A DNA stretch of 64,000 nt, taken from assembly GCA_964524845.1 (NCBI GenBank), contig CAZGFX010000002.1:6440-70439 (forward strand), given 5' to 3'. Both the position numbers and the translations under genes were made by a program. Of the stretch, positions 40,188 through 51,163 are shown piece by piece; within the stretch, counting starts at the first letter, position 1; each line of letters begins with the position of its first letter. The notes below the pieces were generated by a model that was given only the letters and a program-made list of their open reading frames with translations, searched no databases and was not told the DNA's origin. Origin of the DNA: an uncultured Gammaproteobacteria bacterium (lineage in GTDB: Bacteria > Patescibacteriota > Patescibacteriia > CAZGFX01).

Positions 40188-40192
40188 AAAAT

Positions 40193-40627
40193 ATGATATA
40201 TATAGGAGCAGATCACGGAGGAGTAAGAGCAAAAAAAATACTTGTTGATTTTTTTAAAAATAAAAAATTACAATATGAGGATGTCGGTATTTTCAGCACA
40301 AAACCGGCTGATTATTCGGATATTGCAAACAAGGTTGCACGAGAAGTCAAAAAAAACAAGAAAAATAAAGGCGTATTAATATGTAGATCAGGAGTTGGTA
40401 TGCAAATTGCTGCAAACAGACACAAAGGAATAAGGGCGGTTGTTGGTTTATCAAAAAAATATATTCAAATGTCAAGACGCGATAATGATTCAAACATTAT
40501 TTGCTTTTCAGGTGATTTGCAAACACCAGAAACAATGAAAAATCTTTTTATAATCTGGATAAAAGAAAAATTTTTAAATAAACCAAGATATATAAGAAGA
40601 ATAAAAAAAACTGATTCGCGCATATGA
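40193..40627 (+). CDS. rpiB: Ribose-5-phosphate isomerase B (RpiB/LacAB family)
   Basis: IYIGADHGG and LICRSGVGMQIAANRHKGIRA match the RpiB pattern. 144 aa. Confidence 0.85.
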   Translation: MIYIGADHGGVRAKKILVDFFKNKKLQYEDVGIFSTKPADYSDIANKVAREVKKNKKNKGVLICRSGVGMQIAANRHKGIRAVVGLSKKYIQMSRRDNDSNIICFSGDLQTPETMKNLFIIWIKEKFLNKPRYIRRIKKTDSRI

Positions 40628-41292
40628 CTATTATTATTCCGTCACTACTTAGAAAAACAATAAAGGAAATTGAAAGAGATATTTCAAAAGTTCCTAATTT
40701 TGTAAATATAATACAAATTGATATTGCTGATGGATTGTTTGTTCCTGATAAGTATTTGCATGATCCAAAAGAAATTAATAAACTTTGCGACGGAAAAGAG
40801 GTCGAAGTCCATCTAATGGTAAAAGATCCGGAAAAATATATTTCTGATTGGGGCACACTTAATACAATAAGGAGAATAATTTTTCATTATGAAGCAACAA
40901 ACGATCATATGAATGTAATTCGTCTTATAAGAGAGTATGGAAAAGAACCTGTAATTGCGCTTAATCCGGAAACTGATTATCGTTTATGTAAGCCAATTTT
41001 CCCATATTTAAAAGGTATTCAGATTATGTCTGTTTATCCCGGAGTACAAGGAAGACCTTTTGAATTATCCTCACCAGATCGTATCGACGAAGTACGAGGA
41101 TATTTAGAAGAACACGACTTGAGTGATAAAGTAGATATAAGTGTTGATGGTGGATTGACTCCTGATACTATTGGCTCGTGCGTTTTTTATGGTGCAAATC
41201 GTTTGTGTGTTGGATCATATCTTATGAACAGTGACGATTTTATTAGCTCATACAACAGACTTAACTCTGTTATTGAATCATCTCATACATAA
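40624..41292 (+). CDS. rpe: Ribulose-phosphate 3-epimerase
   Basis: IDIADGLFVP, HLMV, SVYPGVQGRPF and DISVDGGL correspond to conserved Rpe blocks. Its ATG overlaps the rpiB stop (ATGA). Confidence 0.8.
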   Translation: MTIIIPSLLRKTIKEIERDISKVPNFVNIIQIDIADGLFVPDKYLHDPKEINKLCDGKEVEVHLMVKDPEKYISDWGTLNTIRRIIFHYEATNDHMNVIRLIREYGKEPVIALNPETDYRLCKPIFPYLKGIQIMSVYPGVQGRPFELSSPDRIDEVRGYLEEHDLSDKVDISVDGGLTPDTIGSCVFYGANRLCVGSYLMNSDDFISSYNRLNSVIESSHT

Positions 41293-41305
41293 TATCAAGA
41301 ACATT

Positions 41306-42139
41306 ATGAATAAAAAAATTAAAAATATTTCAACTCTTGAAGAGAGTTCACGAGAAATAAGAAAATCAGTTATTAAATCTTTGGTTGAGGCAAAATCAGG
41401 ACATACGGCAGGATCTCTTGGTATGGCGGATGTATTTACTGTATTATATTTTAATATTCTTAATCATAATCCAAAAAAACCATCTTGGGAGGGTAGGGAT
41501 CGTTTAATTCTTTCGGCTGGACACATTTGTCCTGTTTGGTATGCAACACTTGCAGAAGCTGGATATTTTTCAAAAAACAAACTAATGACCTTGCGAAAAC
41601 TTGGTTCAGCTCTCCAAGGACATCCTCATACTTATATTAAATACGGAATTGAAAACACAGGTGGGCCACTCGGTCAAGGAATTTCATATGCCATAGGAAT
41701 TGCAAAAGCATTTAAAATGGATAAGAAAAAACAATTCGTTTATTGTATTATGAGCGATGGGGAACAAGAAGAAGGACAGGTGTGGGAGGCCGCTCAATTT
41801 GCTGCACACAATAAACTCGATAATCTTATCGCCATTATTGATCGAAACAATATACAAATTGACGGATATGTAAGTGATATTATGGGTATTGATCCTATTG
41901 CGGATAAGTATCGTGCTTTCGGATGGCACGTACAAGAAATAGATGGCCATTCCATAGAATCAATTATTGATGCTTGCAACAAAGCTAAATCAGTTCGCGC
42001 AGTACCATCTATAATTATTGCATACACGACTCCTGGAAAAGGCGTCGATTTTATGGAAGATGAATTTATATGGCATGGAAAACCACCTACTCCAGAAGAA
42101 GGTGAGAAGGCACTTGCACAACTTACTAAAAAGAAATAA
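41306..42139 (+). CDS. Transketolase, N-terminal (TPP-binding) subunit of a split enzyme
   Basis: GHTAGSLGMADVFTVLYF, GHPH and GPLGQG motifs. The ORF extends upstream to 41231, but the first ATG after the rpe stop is at 41306. Confidence 0.88.
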   Translation: MNKKIKNISTLEESSREIRKSVIKSLVEAKSGHTAGSLGMADVFTVLYFNILNHNPKKPSWEGRDRLILSAGHICPVWYATLAEAGYFSKNKLMTLRKLGSALQGHPHTYIKYGIENTGGPLGQGISYAIGIAKAFKMDKKKQFVYCIMSDGEQEEGQVWEAAQFAAHNKLDNLIAIIDRNNIQIDGYVSDIMGIDPIADKYRAFGWHVQEIDGHSIESIIDACNKAKSVRAVPSIIIAYTTPGKGVDFMEDEFIWHGKPPTPEEGEKALAQLTKKK

Positions 42140-42148
42140 TAAAAAACC

Positions 42149-43135
42149 ATGATAAATTTTAATAAAAAATTATACCTTGATCCCGCATTGCTTACTAATA
42201 AAATAAAGAAAATTCCAACTCGTGATGGATATGGTACTGGTGTTGTTGAGCTTGGAAAAAAGAATCGTTCAATTGTTGTTTTATGCTGCGATCTCACAGA
42301 GTCAACAAGAAATAATTGGTTTAAGGATAAATTTCCTGAAAGATTTGTAGAGGTGGGTGTTGCGGAACAAAACATGATGGGAATTGCGGCTGGAATGGCA
42401 ATGGTTGGAAAGGTGCCATTTGCTTCGTCGTATGCTGTGTTTTCTCCTGGAAGAAATTGGGATCAACTAAGAGTTTCTGTCTGTTATAATAATGCGAATG
42501 TCAAAATTGTAGGCGCTCATGCCGGAATATCAGTAGGCCCAGATGGAGCAACTCACCAAGCACTTGAAGACATAGCTATTGTTCGTGTATTGCCAAATAT
42601 GACCGTTGTTGTTCCGTGTGATGCGTTACAAGCTAATAAAGCGACAATTGCGATTGGTAAACACAAAGGACCAGCATATATAAGGCTTGGAAGAGAAAAA
42701 ACGCCTGTAATGACTACAAACAAAACACCTTTTACAATAGGTAAAATACAGGTTTTTTCAGAAGGGAAGGATGTTACAATTATAGCAATGGGCTCCATAT
42801 TATACAGCGTCATCGAAGCCGCTCAAATACTCTTAAAAAAAGGAATATCATCAACAATTGTAAATTGTCACACAATAAAGCCGCTTGATGAAAAAGGACT
42901 TTATTCAGCAATCAAAAAAACCAAAAGAGTTGTTACTGTTGAAGAGCACCAAATATATGGTGGGCTCGGTTCTGCAATTTCTGAGTTTTGTGCAAAAAAT
43001 ATTCCTATCCCAATTGAAATGGTTGGTGTGAATGATTTATTCGGAGAATCCGGAGAAGCAGAAGAACTTATAAAAAAATATAAAATAGACACAAACGATG
43101 TTGTGCGCGCTGTACATAATGTTTTAAAAAGATAA
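42149..43135 (+). CDS. Transketolase, C-terminal (pyrimidine-binding plus C-terminal domain) subunit
   Basis: GVAEQNMMGIAAGMA and GPDGATHQALEDIA motifs. Immediately follows the N-terminal subunit. Confidence 0.88.
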   Translation: MINFNKKLYLDPALLTNKIKKIPTRDGYGTGVVELGKKNRSIVVLCCDLTESTRNNWFKDKFPERFVEVGVAEQNMMGIAAGMAMVGKVPFASSYAVFSPGRNWDQLRVSVCYNNANVKIVGAHAGISVGPDGATHQALEDIAIVRVLPNMTVVVPCDALQANKATIAIGKHKGPAYIRLGREKTPVMTTNKTPFTIGKIQVFSEGKDVTIIAMGSILYSVIEAAQILLKKGISSTIVNCHTIKPLDEKGLYSAIKKTKRVVTVEEHQIYGGLGSAISEFCAKNIPIPIEMVGVNDLFGESGEAEELIKKYKIDTNDVVRAVHNVLKR

Positions 43136-43143
43136 ATAATATT

Positions 43144-44133
43144 TTGATGCCTATGTACGATATAATTACTATAGGGGATTCTTCTCTAGATGTTTTTCTT
43201 AAAATAAGCGAAGCATCTGTTCAGTGCTCTCTCAATCAAGACGACTGTCTTCTTCAATTAAATTATGCCGATAAGATACCAGTAGAAACCATTACCAGAA
43301 CGGTTGGAGGAAATGCTTGTAATGTTGCAATTGGAAGTTCAAAAATGGGTCTTAAAACAGGGTATTTTGGAATTCTTGGAAATGATGAAATAGCTCATTT
43401 AATACTTTCAAAACTTAAAAAATATAACATTACAACACATTGTGTTACTTTGGCGTCAGGAGAACAAAGTAATTATACAACTGCATTGAATTATAAAGGA
43501 GAACGCACATTATTAGTATATCATGCTCCAAGAAAATATTTTTTTCCTAAAAAACTCCCTGAAACAAAATGGATTTATTTTACATCATTAAACAAAGGTT
43601 TTGAAAAATACCATCAAAAACTAATCAATTATATTGAAAAAAAGAAAATATTAATGGCATTTAACCCAGGGACGTACCAAATTAAACTTCCTTTTTCAAA
43701 AATAGAATCTATTCTTCGTCATACACATATTCTTTTCGTTAATATTACTGAAGCAAAAAGAATTTTACGGAAAGATATTCGAGATATAAAGAGATTATTA
43801 TGTGAGTTTTCAAATTTCGGTATATCTTATATATGTATTACAGACGGCCCTAAAGGAGCATATGCGTATGATTCTAATAAAAAAGAATTTTATAGAATTC
43901 CTCCATATCCGGGAAAGAGAATAGAAGCTACAGGAGCAGGGGATTCTTTTGCTACTGGAGTTGTTGCTGGAATGTTTTATGAAAAAGACTTTAAAAAAGC
44001 ACTTCTTTGGGGACCTGTTAATTCAGCGTCAGTGGTTCAAAAAATAGGCCCTCAGGCCGGACTTCTTACATTATCAGAGATGAAAAACAAACTTCGAAGA
44101 AAACCATCGGGATATAAACTTATTAAATTATAA
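43144..44133 (+). CDS. PfkB-family carbohydrate kinase (ribokinase/fructokinase-like)
   Basis: GGNACNVAIG N-terminal motif and ATGAGDSFATGVVAG (PfkB signature 2). Confidence 0.85.
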   Translation: MMPMYDIITIGDSSLDVFLKISEASVQCSLNQDDCLLQLNYADKIPVETITRTVGGNACNVAIGSSKMGLKTGYFGILGNDEIAHLILSKLKKYNITTHCVTLASGEQSNYTTALNYKGERTLLVYHAPRKYFFPKKLPETKWIYFTSLNKGFEKYHQKLINYIEKKKILMAFNPGTYQIKLPFSKIESILRHTHILFVNITEAKRILRKDIRDIKRLLCEFSNFGISYICITDGPKGAYAYDSNKKEFYRIPPYPGKRIEATGAGDSFATGVVAGMFYEKDFKKALLWGPVNSASVVQKIGPQAGLLTLSEMKNKLRRKPSGYKLIKL

Positions 44134-44142
44134 AAACAGTAT

Positions 44143-45165
44143 ATGAAAAGAAAATATACAGTATGTGTTTCTCATCCTATTCCTACTCCAGGAATTACAC
44201 TTCTTAAAAAAAAGGGGTATGATGTCCATATTTTTAAAAAAGTCGGTTCATTAAGTAAAAATGAGTTTATACGAATGATGAAAAGGTGCGATGTACTTCT
44301 GTCTCTTTTAACCGATACGATTGATGACGATGTTTTAAAAGCAAATCCACATCTTCTGGGGGTATCAAATTATGCAATTGGTTTTAATAATATTGATGTT
44401 GTAGCCGCTACAAAACGAGGAATTATAATTACGAACACACCAGCTCCAGAGGTCGCATATACTGTTGCTGATTTTACTGTAGGGCTCATGCTTGCGGCCG
44501 GACGTAGAATTGTCGAAGCCGATATGTTTACTCGTGCAGGAAAATATCATGGCTGGAATCCTTCGGCATTTATAGGTGTTGATTTATATGGATCAACAAT
44601 TGGAATTGTTGGAATGGGGCACATAGGAAAAGAAGTTGCGCGACGACTAAAGGGGTTTGGGTGCTCGATTGTTTATTATGATTATTTTGGTCGTATAAAA
44701 GATGTGGAAATGCAATTTGGTGCACAATATATTCCTTTGAAAAAACTTTTGTCGATTTCTGATTATATCACACTTCATGTTCCTTTGAATGAGTCTACAC
44801 ACCATCTTATTTCAACGAAAGAGTTTTCCATTATGAAAAAGAACGCTGTTATTATTAACACATCGCGCGGACCTGTTATTGATGAAAAGGCTCTTGTTCG
44901 GGCATTAGAAAAGGGGAGAATTGCCGGAGTTGCTGTAGATGTGTATGAAAAAGAACCAGCTATTGATGTGGACTACACCGATACATTGGAGCTTAAAAAA
45001 CAGAAAAACGCTGTTTTAACTCCGCACATTGCCTCTGCGTCCGTGAAAGCCAGAGATAAGATGTCAGAAATGGCAGCTAGAGGGGTTATAGCGATTATAG
45101 AAAGGGATTCTTCGTTTAAAGGACTTATAAACCCGGAGGTATTTAAAATAACAAGAAAAATATGA
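44143..45165 (+). CDS. D-isomer-specific 2-hydroxyacid dehydrogenase (glyoxylate/hydroxypyruvate reductase or PGDH-like)
   Basis: GIVGMGHIGKEVARRL NAD-binding motif. Catalytic R...E...H pattern (NTSRG, HIASAS). Confidence 0.85.
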   Translation: MKRKYTVCVSHPIPTPGITLLKKKGYDVHIFKKVGSLSKNEFIRMMKRCDVLLSLLTDTIDDDVLKANPHLLGVSNYAIGFNNIDVVAATKRGIIITNTPAPEVAYTVADFTVGLMLAAGRRIVEADMFTRAGKYHGWNPSAFIGVDLYGSTIGIVGMGHIGKEVARRLKGFGCSIVYYDYFGRIKDVEMQFGAQYIPLKKLLSISDYITLHVPLNESTHHLISTKEFSIMKKNAVIINTSRGPVIDEKALVRALEKGRIAGVAVDVYEKEPAIDVDYTDTLELKKQKNAVLTPHIASASVKARDKMSEMAARGVIAIIERDSSFKGLINPEVFKITRKI

Positions 45166-45198
45166 TATAATTAGCCCACTTATAACAATATTAATCTT

Positions 45199-45897
45199 AT
45201 GATGAGAAGTTACACGAGTTTAATTTTAACTATTATTGCCTTATTATTATGTGGCAATCTTTACTTTCAGATATTTCCCGTATCATCTCCTGTTTATAGT
45301 AGTATAAGTCCGGAACAAAAATCATTAAATAAACAAAACAATAAAATAATAAAAGAAGTTTCAAAAGTTATTAATGAGGATCTTTCTATTAAGGGAGCTC
45401 CGACTGTTGCTACAATTACTGATGCGGACGCACTACGAAAGAATAATGAGATACAAGCAGAAGTATATAAGGACGCGAAGAATGGGGATATAGCAATAGG
45501 ATTCACAGAAGAAATGATTATTTATCGCAAAGATGAGAAAAAGATCGTATATCGTGGCAAAAACCCTGTACGTATTCTTCAGGAAAAGAATTATTTCGCT
45601 GAAATTCAAATAATTACAAACAAGGTAAAAGCAAAGACAAATCTTCCCGCAAACGAAACGCCAAGCCTCAGTATTGTGACAACTCCTGATACTTTAAAAG
45701 TAAATGATCCTATAAAATACAAGAATATTGCGTTAGGTGACAGAATACTCGTTTTTAAAGACAGAATGATTATATATAGATTAACAGATGACATTATTAT
45801 ATATGATGGTCCAATAACAAATTCAAACGCAAATCAACAACAAGTTCCTGCACCAACCACTGAGCAGAATCAACAACAAAATCAGGCACAACAATAA
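45199..45897 (+). CDS. Hypothetical membrane-anchored/secreted protein with a Q/N-rich C-terminus
   Basis: N-terminal TM helix. A terminator hairpin lies at 46016-46044 (aacggatgg/ccatccgtt plus T-run). Confidence 0.5.
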   Translation: MMRSYTSLILTIIALLLCGNLYFQIFPVSSPVYSSISPEQKSLNKQNNKIIKEVSKVINEDLSIKGAPTVATITDADALRKNNEIQAEVYKDAKNGDIAIGFTEEMIIYRKDEKKIVYRGKNPVRILQEKNYFAEIQIITNKVKAKTNLPANETPSLSIVTTPDTLKVNDPIKYKNIALGDRILVFKDRMIIYRLTDDIIIYDGPITNSNANQQQVPAPTTEQNQQQNQAQQ

Positions 45898-46082
45898 AAG
45901 AAGGGGGTAAAAAGAATAAACTAACTTGATTGATTAAATGGATATATATGTGTCGCACAATATATCTTATGCGACGCTTATATATCTCAAAGGGCTTATT
46001 ATATATCAATTATAAAACGGATGGTTTCCCCATCCGTTTTTGTTTATATTTAAACAAACCTTCTCTTTTCTTTGGTGTTTTT

Positions 46083-46430
46083 TTAATTACTTATTTTAAT
46101 ATGGTCTTTTACATATATTGATTTTATCTTATTGATCGGTATTCTTTCCATACCACATGATATATATATTGGCAATATATCATCTGTTTTAATTTCTTTA
46201 AGATGTGTATAAACGATTCTTCTGGATATCGTTTTTTCTTCATTTTTATCATTTTTATATTTAATAACAATTTCTTTTGATCTATTAAAGGCGGTATATT
46301 CTTCTATTATTCGTTTAAAACGCATTATAATTTCACTATATTCTTTTTTCCACTGAATATAGCAGTTACTTTCTTTTTCCAAGTTTCCGTGATGGTTTCT
46401 TTTATCCAGCGATGGGTCTAAATGAGACAT
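46083..46430 (-). CDS. Hypothetical protein (115 aa)
   Basis: ORF in an AT-rich island flanked by long non-coding stretches on both sides. Confidence 0.4.
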   Translation of the reverse strand: MSHLDPSLDKRNHHGNLEKESNCYIQWKKEYSEIIMRFKRIIEEYTAFNRSKEIVIKYKNDKNEEKTISRRIVYTHLKEIKTDDILPIYISCGMERIPINKIKSIYVKDHIKISN

Positions 46431-46625
46431 TTTATTATCTCCTTTTTTAAATGTTTTTTTGTTATTTATTTTAATTTTTATTTTTCATTAAATTATAAAC
46501 TTTTTTTATAGAAAATACAAGTTCGTAAAATTAAAAATCAAGAGAACAAAAAAGTAGTTCTTGATATATTGGCTAATATTAGCTAAAATATTAATATTGT
46601 ATAATTCTTTTATTCTCAATATTCT

Positions 46626-47414
46626 TCAATCTTTAATATGTTTTGTAAATTGGTTTGTATCTGTAAATAATTCAAAATGTATATTTTTTAAATCCACATC
46701 GGTTCCCTTTAAATACGAAACAGTGTTTTTTACCATTTCAGGTGTTCCGCATATATAAAAGTCATATAAAGAAGCCTGTTTTTCTCCTATTGTTCTATTA
46801 AAGACATCCAATACTCGCCCATTAAAAAAAGTCTTCTCATCAGTGAAGTCCGCATCTCTTGAGAGGCATGGAAAGAAGCGAAATGTCGGATAAAGCTTCT
46901 CCCAAGAACGAAATACATCTTCGTATGCTAAGTTTGTATGGTCTTTTATTCCAAAAAAAAGCATTGTTTCTTGTTTTGCTCCCGTGTTTATCCATTCTTT
47001 TAAAATAGAATAATTCGGACCTATTCCGGATCCTGTAACAAGATATATTTTTGGTTTTTCGTTATCAACATAAAAATATTTTCCATAAGGACCTGAAATT
47101 GTAATTGAATCACCAGAACGAAGAGAGGAAAAATATAGAAGAGCCCTACTTTTCGGATTAATTGTTATTGTACACTCAAGAAACTCTTCGATAGGATGAG
47201 ATGATAAAGAATAAAATCTTGTAAGAAAACCATCTTCATGTGGAATTTTAATTGATATAAACTGTCCTGGTAAATATGAAAACGAGCTTGGTTTTTTTAT
47301 ACGAAGCAAAACCATTCTTGAGGACAACGACTTTAAATAAACAAAAGAAGTTATAATGTAGGTCGTTGTAGATTCCATATTAATTATTCGCGCGGTTTTA
47401 AAACCGTCGTACAA
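46626..47414 (-). CDS. Ferredoxin-NADP-reductase-like oxidoreductase (FAD-binding RxYS plus NAD-binding GSGIGP)
   Basis: RFYSLSS and TGSGIGP motifs in the FNR-family order. Confidence 0.7.
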   Translation of the reverse strand: MYDGFKTARIINMESTTTYIITSFVYLKSLSSRMVLLRIKKPSSFSYLPGQFISIKIPHEDGFLTRFYSLSSHPIEEFLECTITINPKSRALLYFSSLRSGDSITISGPYGKYFYVDNEKPKIYLVTGSGIGPNYSILKEWINTGAKQETMLFFGIKDHTNLAYEDVFRSWEKLYPTFRFFPCLSRDADFTDEKTFFNGRVLDVFNRTIGEKQASLYDFYICGTPEMVKNTVSYLKGTDVDLKNIHFELFTDTNQFTKHIKD

Positions 47415-49924
47415 TACATATCTTCAGAAAGAACACCTTCACATTGTATTAAATTCTGATCAACAGTGCTGTTTTTTGCATTATAAGACGAAGCTGTCCA
47501 TTCCACAGACAATGAGTCAGCTTTAGATGGGTTAAATGAACTTGAAATATATGTATTATCGATTCCTGATTGTTTTTGAACATATAATGAGTATGTTTGT
47601 GGATTTGAATCAATAGAAGAAAGTGAAAATGGCAATAAATATGAGAACGTAATAGTCGAAGATGAAAAAGGAGCTGTTTGAATCCAGTTTCCAAACACGG
47701 TTTTATCGAATTGCTCGGATATATCCGTGCCGGTAATAGAATCTTTATTCGAATATTGCTCTATTATATCAATATCCGAATCTGTATTAAGAGCGAATAA
47801 TTTCTCCTGCTTAAACAAATCTTCATTCGGAGGTTTATATCCTGACACAGAGACGAGTTTACTTCCTTTTGGAACATATATTCGAACATAATCCACGTTA
47901 TTTGCATCCGTATATATCATATTTGATGGGCCATTGTGTCTGCGTGTAATTTCAACAGTATCTACAATACTTCCATCCGGTTGAACGTCCGCTGTGTGAT
48001 GAACATTTGTTGAAACAACGGCATCTGATTTTCCGCCACCTATATTAGTATGAGCAACCATTAGATAATCCCCTTTTATTGATTGTATCTCCCCTGCCCA
48101 TCCTAGATTTTCAACGTATTCTTGTGTTTTCTGGTCACGTGCATATATTTGAATGTTTTTTTGTGTAAACCCATCATAAAAAAGAGAAATTAAAGGAAAC
48201 AAATCAGATTCCTTTGTGTTAAAAATACGATCAAGAATTTTCGGCATGAGATCTCCTATGAATTTCTTTGGCTTGTTTTCTTTTTTATCGTATTCGACCT
48301 CAACGGCTGACTGTGTTTCTTCATAAAAATTTTCGCTCGTGATCGTTTTGCCATATTCCGGCATTTCTATAGGGCCTGTAAGTGCAAGCAATTTTTCAAC
48401 AATATCAGAATTAATAGCAATAACTCCATCAACTGATGTCCCTCCTGATTTTTCATAAAACCACATAATTTTCTTAGCTGATGTTGGAAAGTCAGGCCAC
48501 CAATTCGCGTCCCACATATACCAACGAGGAGCGATAAGTCCAAGTGGTTTAGGAGAAAAAACCCTTGTGGTCAAACCACCCTTCGTATCATAAGCTCCCC
48601 CACCAGGTACGATCGTATCTTTTAAGAGGCCATGATCCAACGTTACCTCTGCAAAACTTCCTATAAAACCACCTGTTGGACGTATTTCAGCTGTGTTTTG
48701 AAAAACAAATAAATATTTTTTCTTGTCATAATGCCCAAAAAGATTAATAAGCGCCAAAAGCATGGTATCTGTTTTTGAAACAAATCTTTCTATTGATGGA
48801 AGAGTTTGTTTTACAAGTAATATTTGATCTTTGTATCGTGAAGGAATATTTGAATCATTTATGTTTGAAAGTGTATCCCCTGCCTCGTTTAAAGATTTTT
48901 GTGAAACAAGAACATGAGCTCTCATTTTAACTAATGTTTCTGTAAGTGGTTCATTATCATTGTTTAGCGACATGGTAGTAAGTACGCTAGCTAGAGATTG
49001 TGAGGCGTCTGAAATTTGTTTTCCTGTTTTTAATAATGACTCACCCAGTTTAATCTTATCTCCTGCAAAAGGTATTTTTTTGGAAATTGTGATAAGTGTA
49101 GAATTATATTCACGAAGTACAGAATAAGCCATATCAAAACTCATTGCAGCATAAGAAAGTTTTGTTGTTATAGAAGAAGGGGTCTTGTCGGAATCAGTAA
49201 TTGTTCCAAGATACCCGACTGCTTGTGAAGCAGAGCGCTCGAGTATACCAAATCGTTCAAACATCTTCTCTATATAACTACCATAATATAACGGAAATAT
49301 AGCAATAATTGAAACACATGCGAAAATAAGCGTTTCTTTTTTCAGCTTAGTATTATAACGCACCATGTTTTGAAAAATGGTCGATGGAAAATTTTGTATT
49401 TCTCGCAGTGTTAAAACAATTGTTTTAAAAAAATTTTCTGATTTAACACCACGCATAGGCTCTTTTATAGAATATGAAGGCTCTGCAATCGGTTTTGACA
49501 ATATGCGTCGCGCAGGAGCACTCGGAGGTTGTACGGGTATATATTTATTTTGTTCATCGACACGAATAATATGAGGAGATGTTTTAATCCGATCGTTTTG
49601 ATAAGAATATACATGAGTAACTCCTTCGGAATCTATTTTTTTAAATATGAGCGATGCGGTTTTTTCTTCGATATTTTTTATAACATCGATAGAACGTCCA
49701 TTCTCTTTTTTACTTTTTTGTTTATCATTACAAAAAGAAGTATGAGCACCTACTCTTATAATGGAATCGAGCTCTGCTTTTTCATTTTTTATTTCTTCTG
49801 TTTCTTCTGGAACTGTATTTTTTTCGACATCATATACATCGCTTTGCAAAACAAGCGTGTTAAGAAATGTATATCCGTCTTGTTCTAGTACTATCGTATG
49901 TCTTTTTTTGTGTTCTGTGGGCAT
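47384..49924 (-). CDS. Large hypothetical protein (846 aa) with a single N-proximal TM helix, in the glycan locus
   Basis: Long ORF. TM segment LIFACVSIIAIFPLYYGSYI around residue 200. It overlaps the downstream oxidoreductase gene by 31 nt. Confidence 0.6.
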   Translation of the reverse strand: MPTEHKKRHTIVLEQDGYTFLNTLVLQSDVYDVEKNTVPEETEEIKNEKAELDSIIRVGAHTSFCNDKQKSKKENGRSIDVIKNIEEKTASLIFKKIDSEGVTHVYSYQNDRIKTSPHIIRVDEQNKYIPVQPPSAPARRILSKPIAEPSYSIKEPMRGVKSENFFKTIVLTLREIQNFPSTIFQNMVRYNTKLKKETLIFACVSIIAIFPLYYGSYIEKMFERFGILERSASQAVGYLGTITDSDKTPSSITTKLSYAAMSFDMAYSVLREYNSTLITISKKIPFAGDKIKLGESLLKTGKQISDASQSLASVLTTMSLNNDNEPLTETLVKMRAHVLVSQKSLNEAGDTLSNINDSNIPSRYKDQILLVKQTLPSIERFVSKTDTMLLALINLFGHYDKKKYLFVFQNTAEIRPTGGFIGSFAEVTLDHGLLKDTIVPGGGAYDTKGGLTTRVFSPKPLGLIAPRWYMWDANWWPDFPTSAKKIMWFYEKSGGTSVDGVIAINSDIVEKLLALTGPIEMPEYGKTITSENFYEETQSAVEVEYDKKENKPKKFIGDLMPKILDRIFNTKESDLFPLISLFYDGFTQKNIQIYARDQKTQEYVENLGWAGEIQSIKGDYLMVAHTNIGGGKSDAVVSTNVHHTADVQPDGSIVDTVEITRRHNGPSNMIYTDANNVDYVRIYVPKGSKLVSVSGYKPPNEDLFKQEKLFALNTDSDIDIIEQYSNKDSITGTDISEQFDKTVFGNWIQTAPFSSSTITFSYLLPFSLSSIDSNPQTYSLYVQKQSGIDNTYISSSFNPSKADSLSVEWTASSYNAKNSTVDQNLIQCEGVLSEDMYCTTVLKPRE

Positions 49925-50023
49925 GGAGATATTTTATTGATCAATAAATTTACCTAATTATACAATAAAAAAACTGCTTTCTAAACCATATATACACAGG
50001 AAATATTGGCTTAAATGAGTGTT

Positions 50024-51154
50024 TTAATTAATGTGTTTTTTTGACTTCTCGTCTTTTGTAATTGTTTTGACAAAATCTTCTATTTCTTGTTGAAAACGAG
50101 AAACGGAAAAACGTTTTGCGAAAGACCTTATTGATTCTGCGTCAAAGGAATATTTATCAAATCGAAGCACCGTAGATGCCAGATCTTCCCATGTTTGTTC
50201 TTCAAATAATAATCCAGTCTCCCCTTCTTTTATAATTTCTGCTGCTCCTCCAGCGTTGAACGCAATAACCGGTTTTCCCATCGCCATCGCCTCTATCATT
50301 GTTATTCCAAAATCCTCAATTTGAGGATATAAAAAAGCTTTACATCCTTCAAAAAGCTTCATTTTCTGCTCATCATTAATACTACCACAAAACTCTATGT
50401 TATTTTTTGCCATTGCACGAAGACGATCCTCATCTTCTCCACTTCCAAAAATTTTAAGAGGAATTCCAAGTTTATTAAAAGCTTGTATAGCTAAATCAAA
50501 TCTCTTATATGGTCTCATTCGACCCCCTATTAGAAAATAATTACCTTTTGAATTAACGTGTGGAATTGCTGAAATATATTTTTCAACATCAACAGGAGGA
50601 TAAATTACAATTGAATTTCTTTTATAAAATTTATGAATTCGGCCCGCAACAAAACTTGAATTCGCTATATAGTGATCTACTCTTTGTGCCGCATTGTAAT
50701 CCCAGACTCTCAAAAAAGGAAGAGTAATAGTTACGAGAAATTTAATAAAACGATTATAAGGAAGTGTTTCGATATATTCCTGTGTATCGCTCCATAAATA
50801 ACGCGTTGGTGTATGACAATAACAAATATGAACAGCATTTGTGTCACTAATAATTCCTTTTGCGAAATGAGACGAAGAAGATATTATTACATCAGTATCT
50901 TTTGGAATTGGTAATGATTCGACAGCCGATGGAATAAGTAGTAAAAACCATCTGAACAGTTTTCTGGCAAGCGAGGTATTTCCAATCCATGATTGTATAA
51001 TTTTTCTTCCTTTAAACATAGAATCAAGAAACGGATCCTTATCCTTCATGATTGTATAAATAGGCGCATCAGGATACATATCCGATATTGCTTTTATCGT
51101 CTTCTCTGCGCCTCCGTATTGATTTAGTTGGTCGTGTACCAATACTATTTTCAT
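50024..51154 (-). CDS. Glycosyltransferase family 4 (GT-B, retaining)
   Basis: EDFGITMIEAMAMGKPVIAFNAGGAAEII (E-x7-E motif). 376 aa. Confidence 0.85.
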   Translation of the reverse strand: MKIVLVHDQLNQYGGAEKTIKAISDMYPDAPIYTIMKDKDPFLDSMFKGRKIIQSWIGNTSLARKLFRWFLLLIPSAVESLPIPKDTDVIISSSSHFAKGIISDTNAVHICYCHTPTRYLWSDTQEYIETLPYNRFIKFLVTITLPFLRVWDYNAAQRVDHYIANSSFVAGRIHKFYKRNSIVIYPPVDVEKYISAIPHVNSKGNYFLIGGRMRPYKRFDLAIQAFNKLGIPLKIFGSGEDEDRLRAMAKNNIEFCGSINDEQKMKLFEGCKAFLYPQIEDFGITMIEAMAMGKPVIAFNAGGAAEIIKEGETGLLFEEQTWEDLASTVLRFDKYSFDAESIRSFAKRFSVSRFQQEIEDFVKTITKDEKSKKHIN

Positions 51155-51163
51155 ATATGTAAA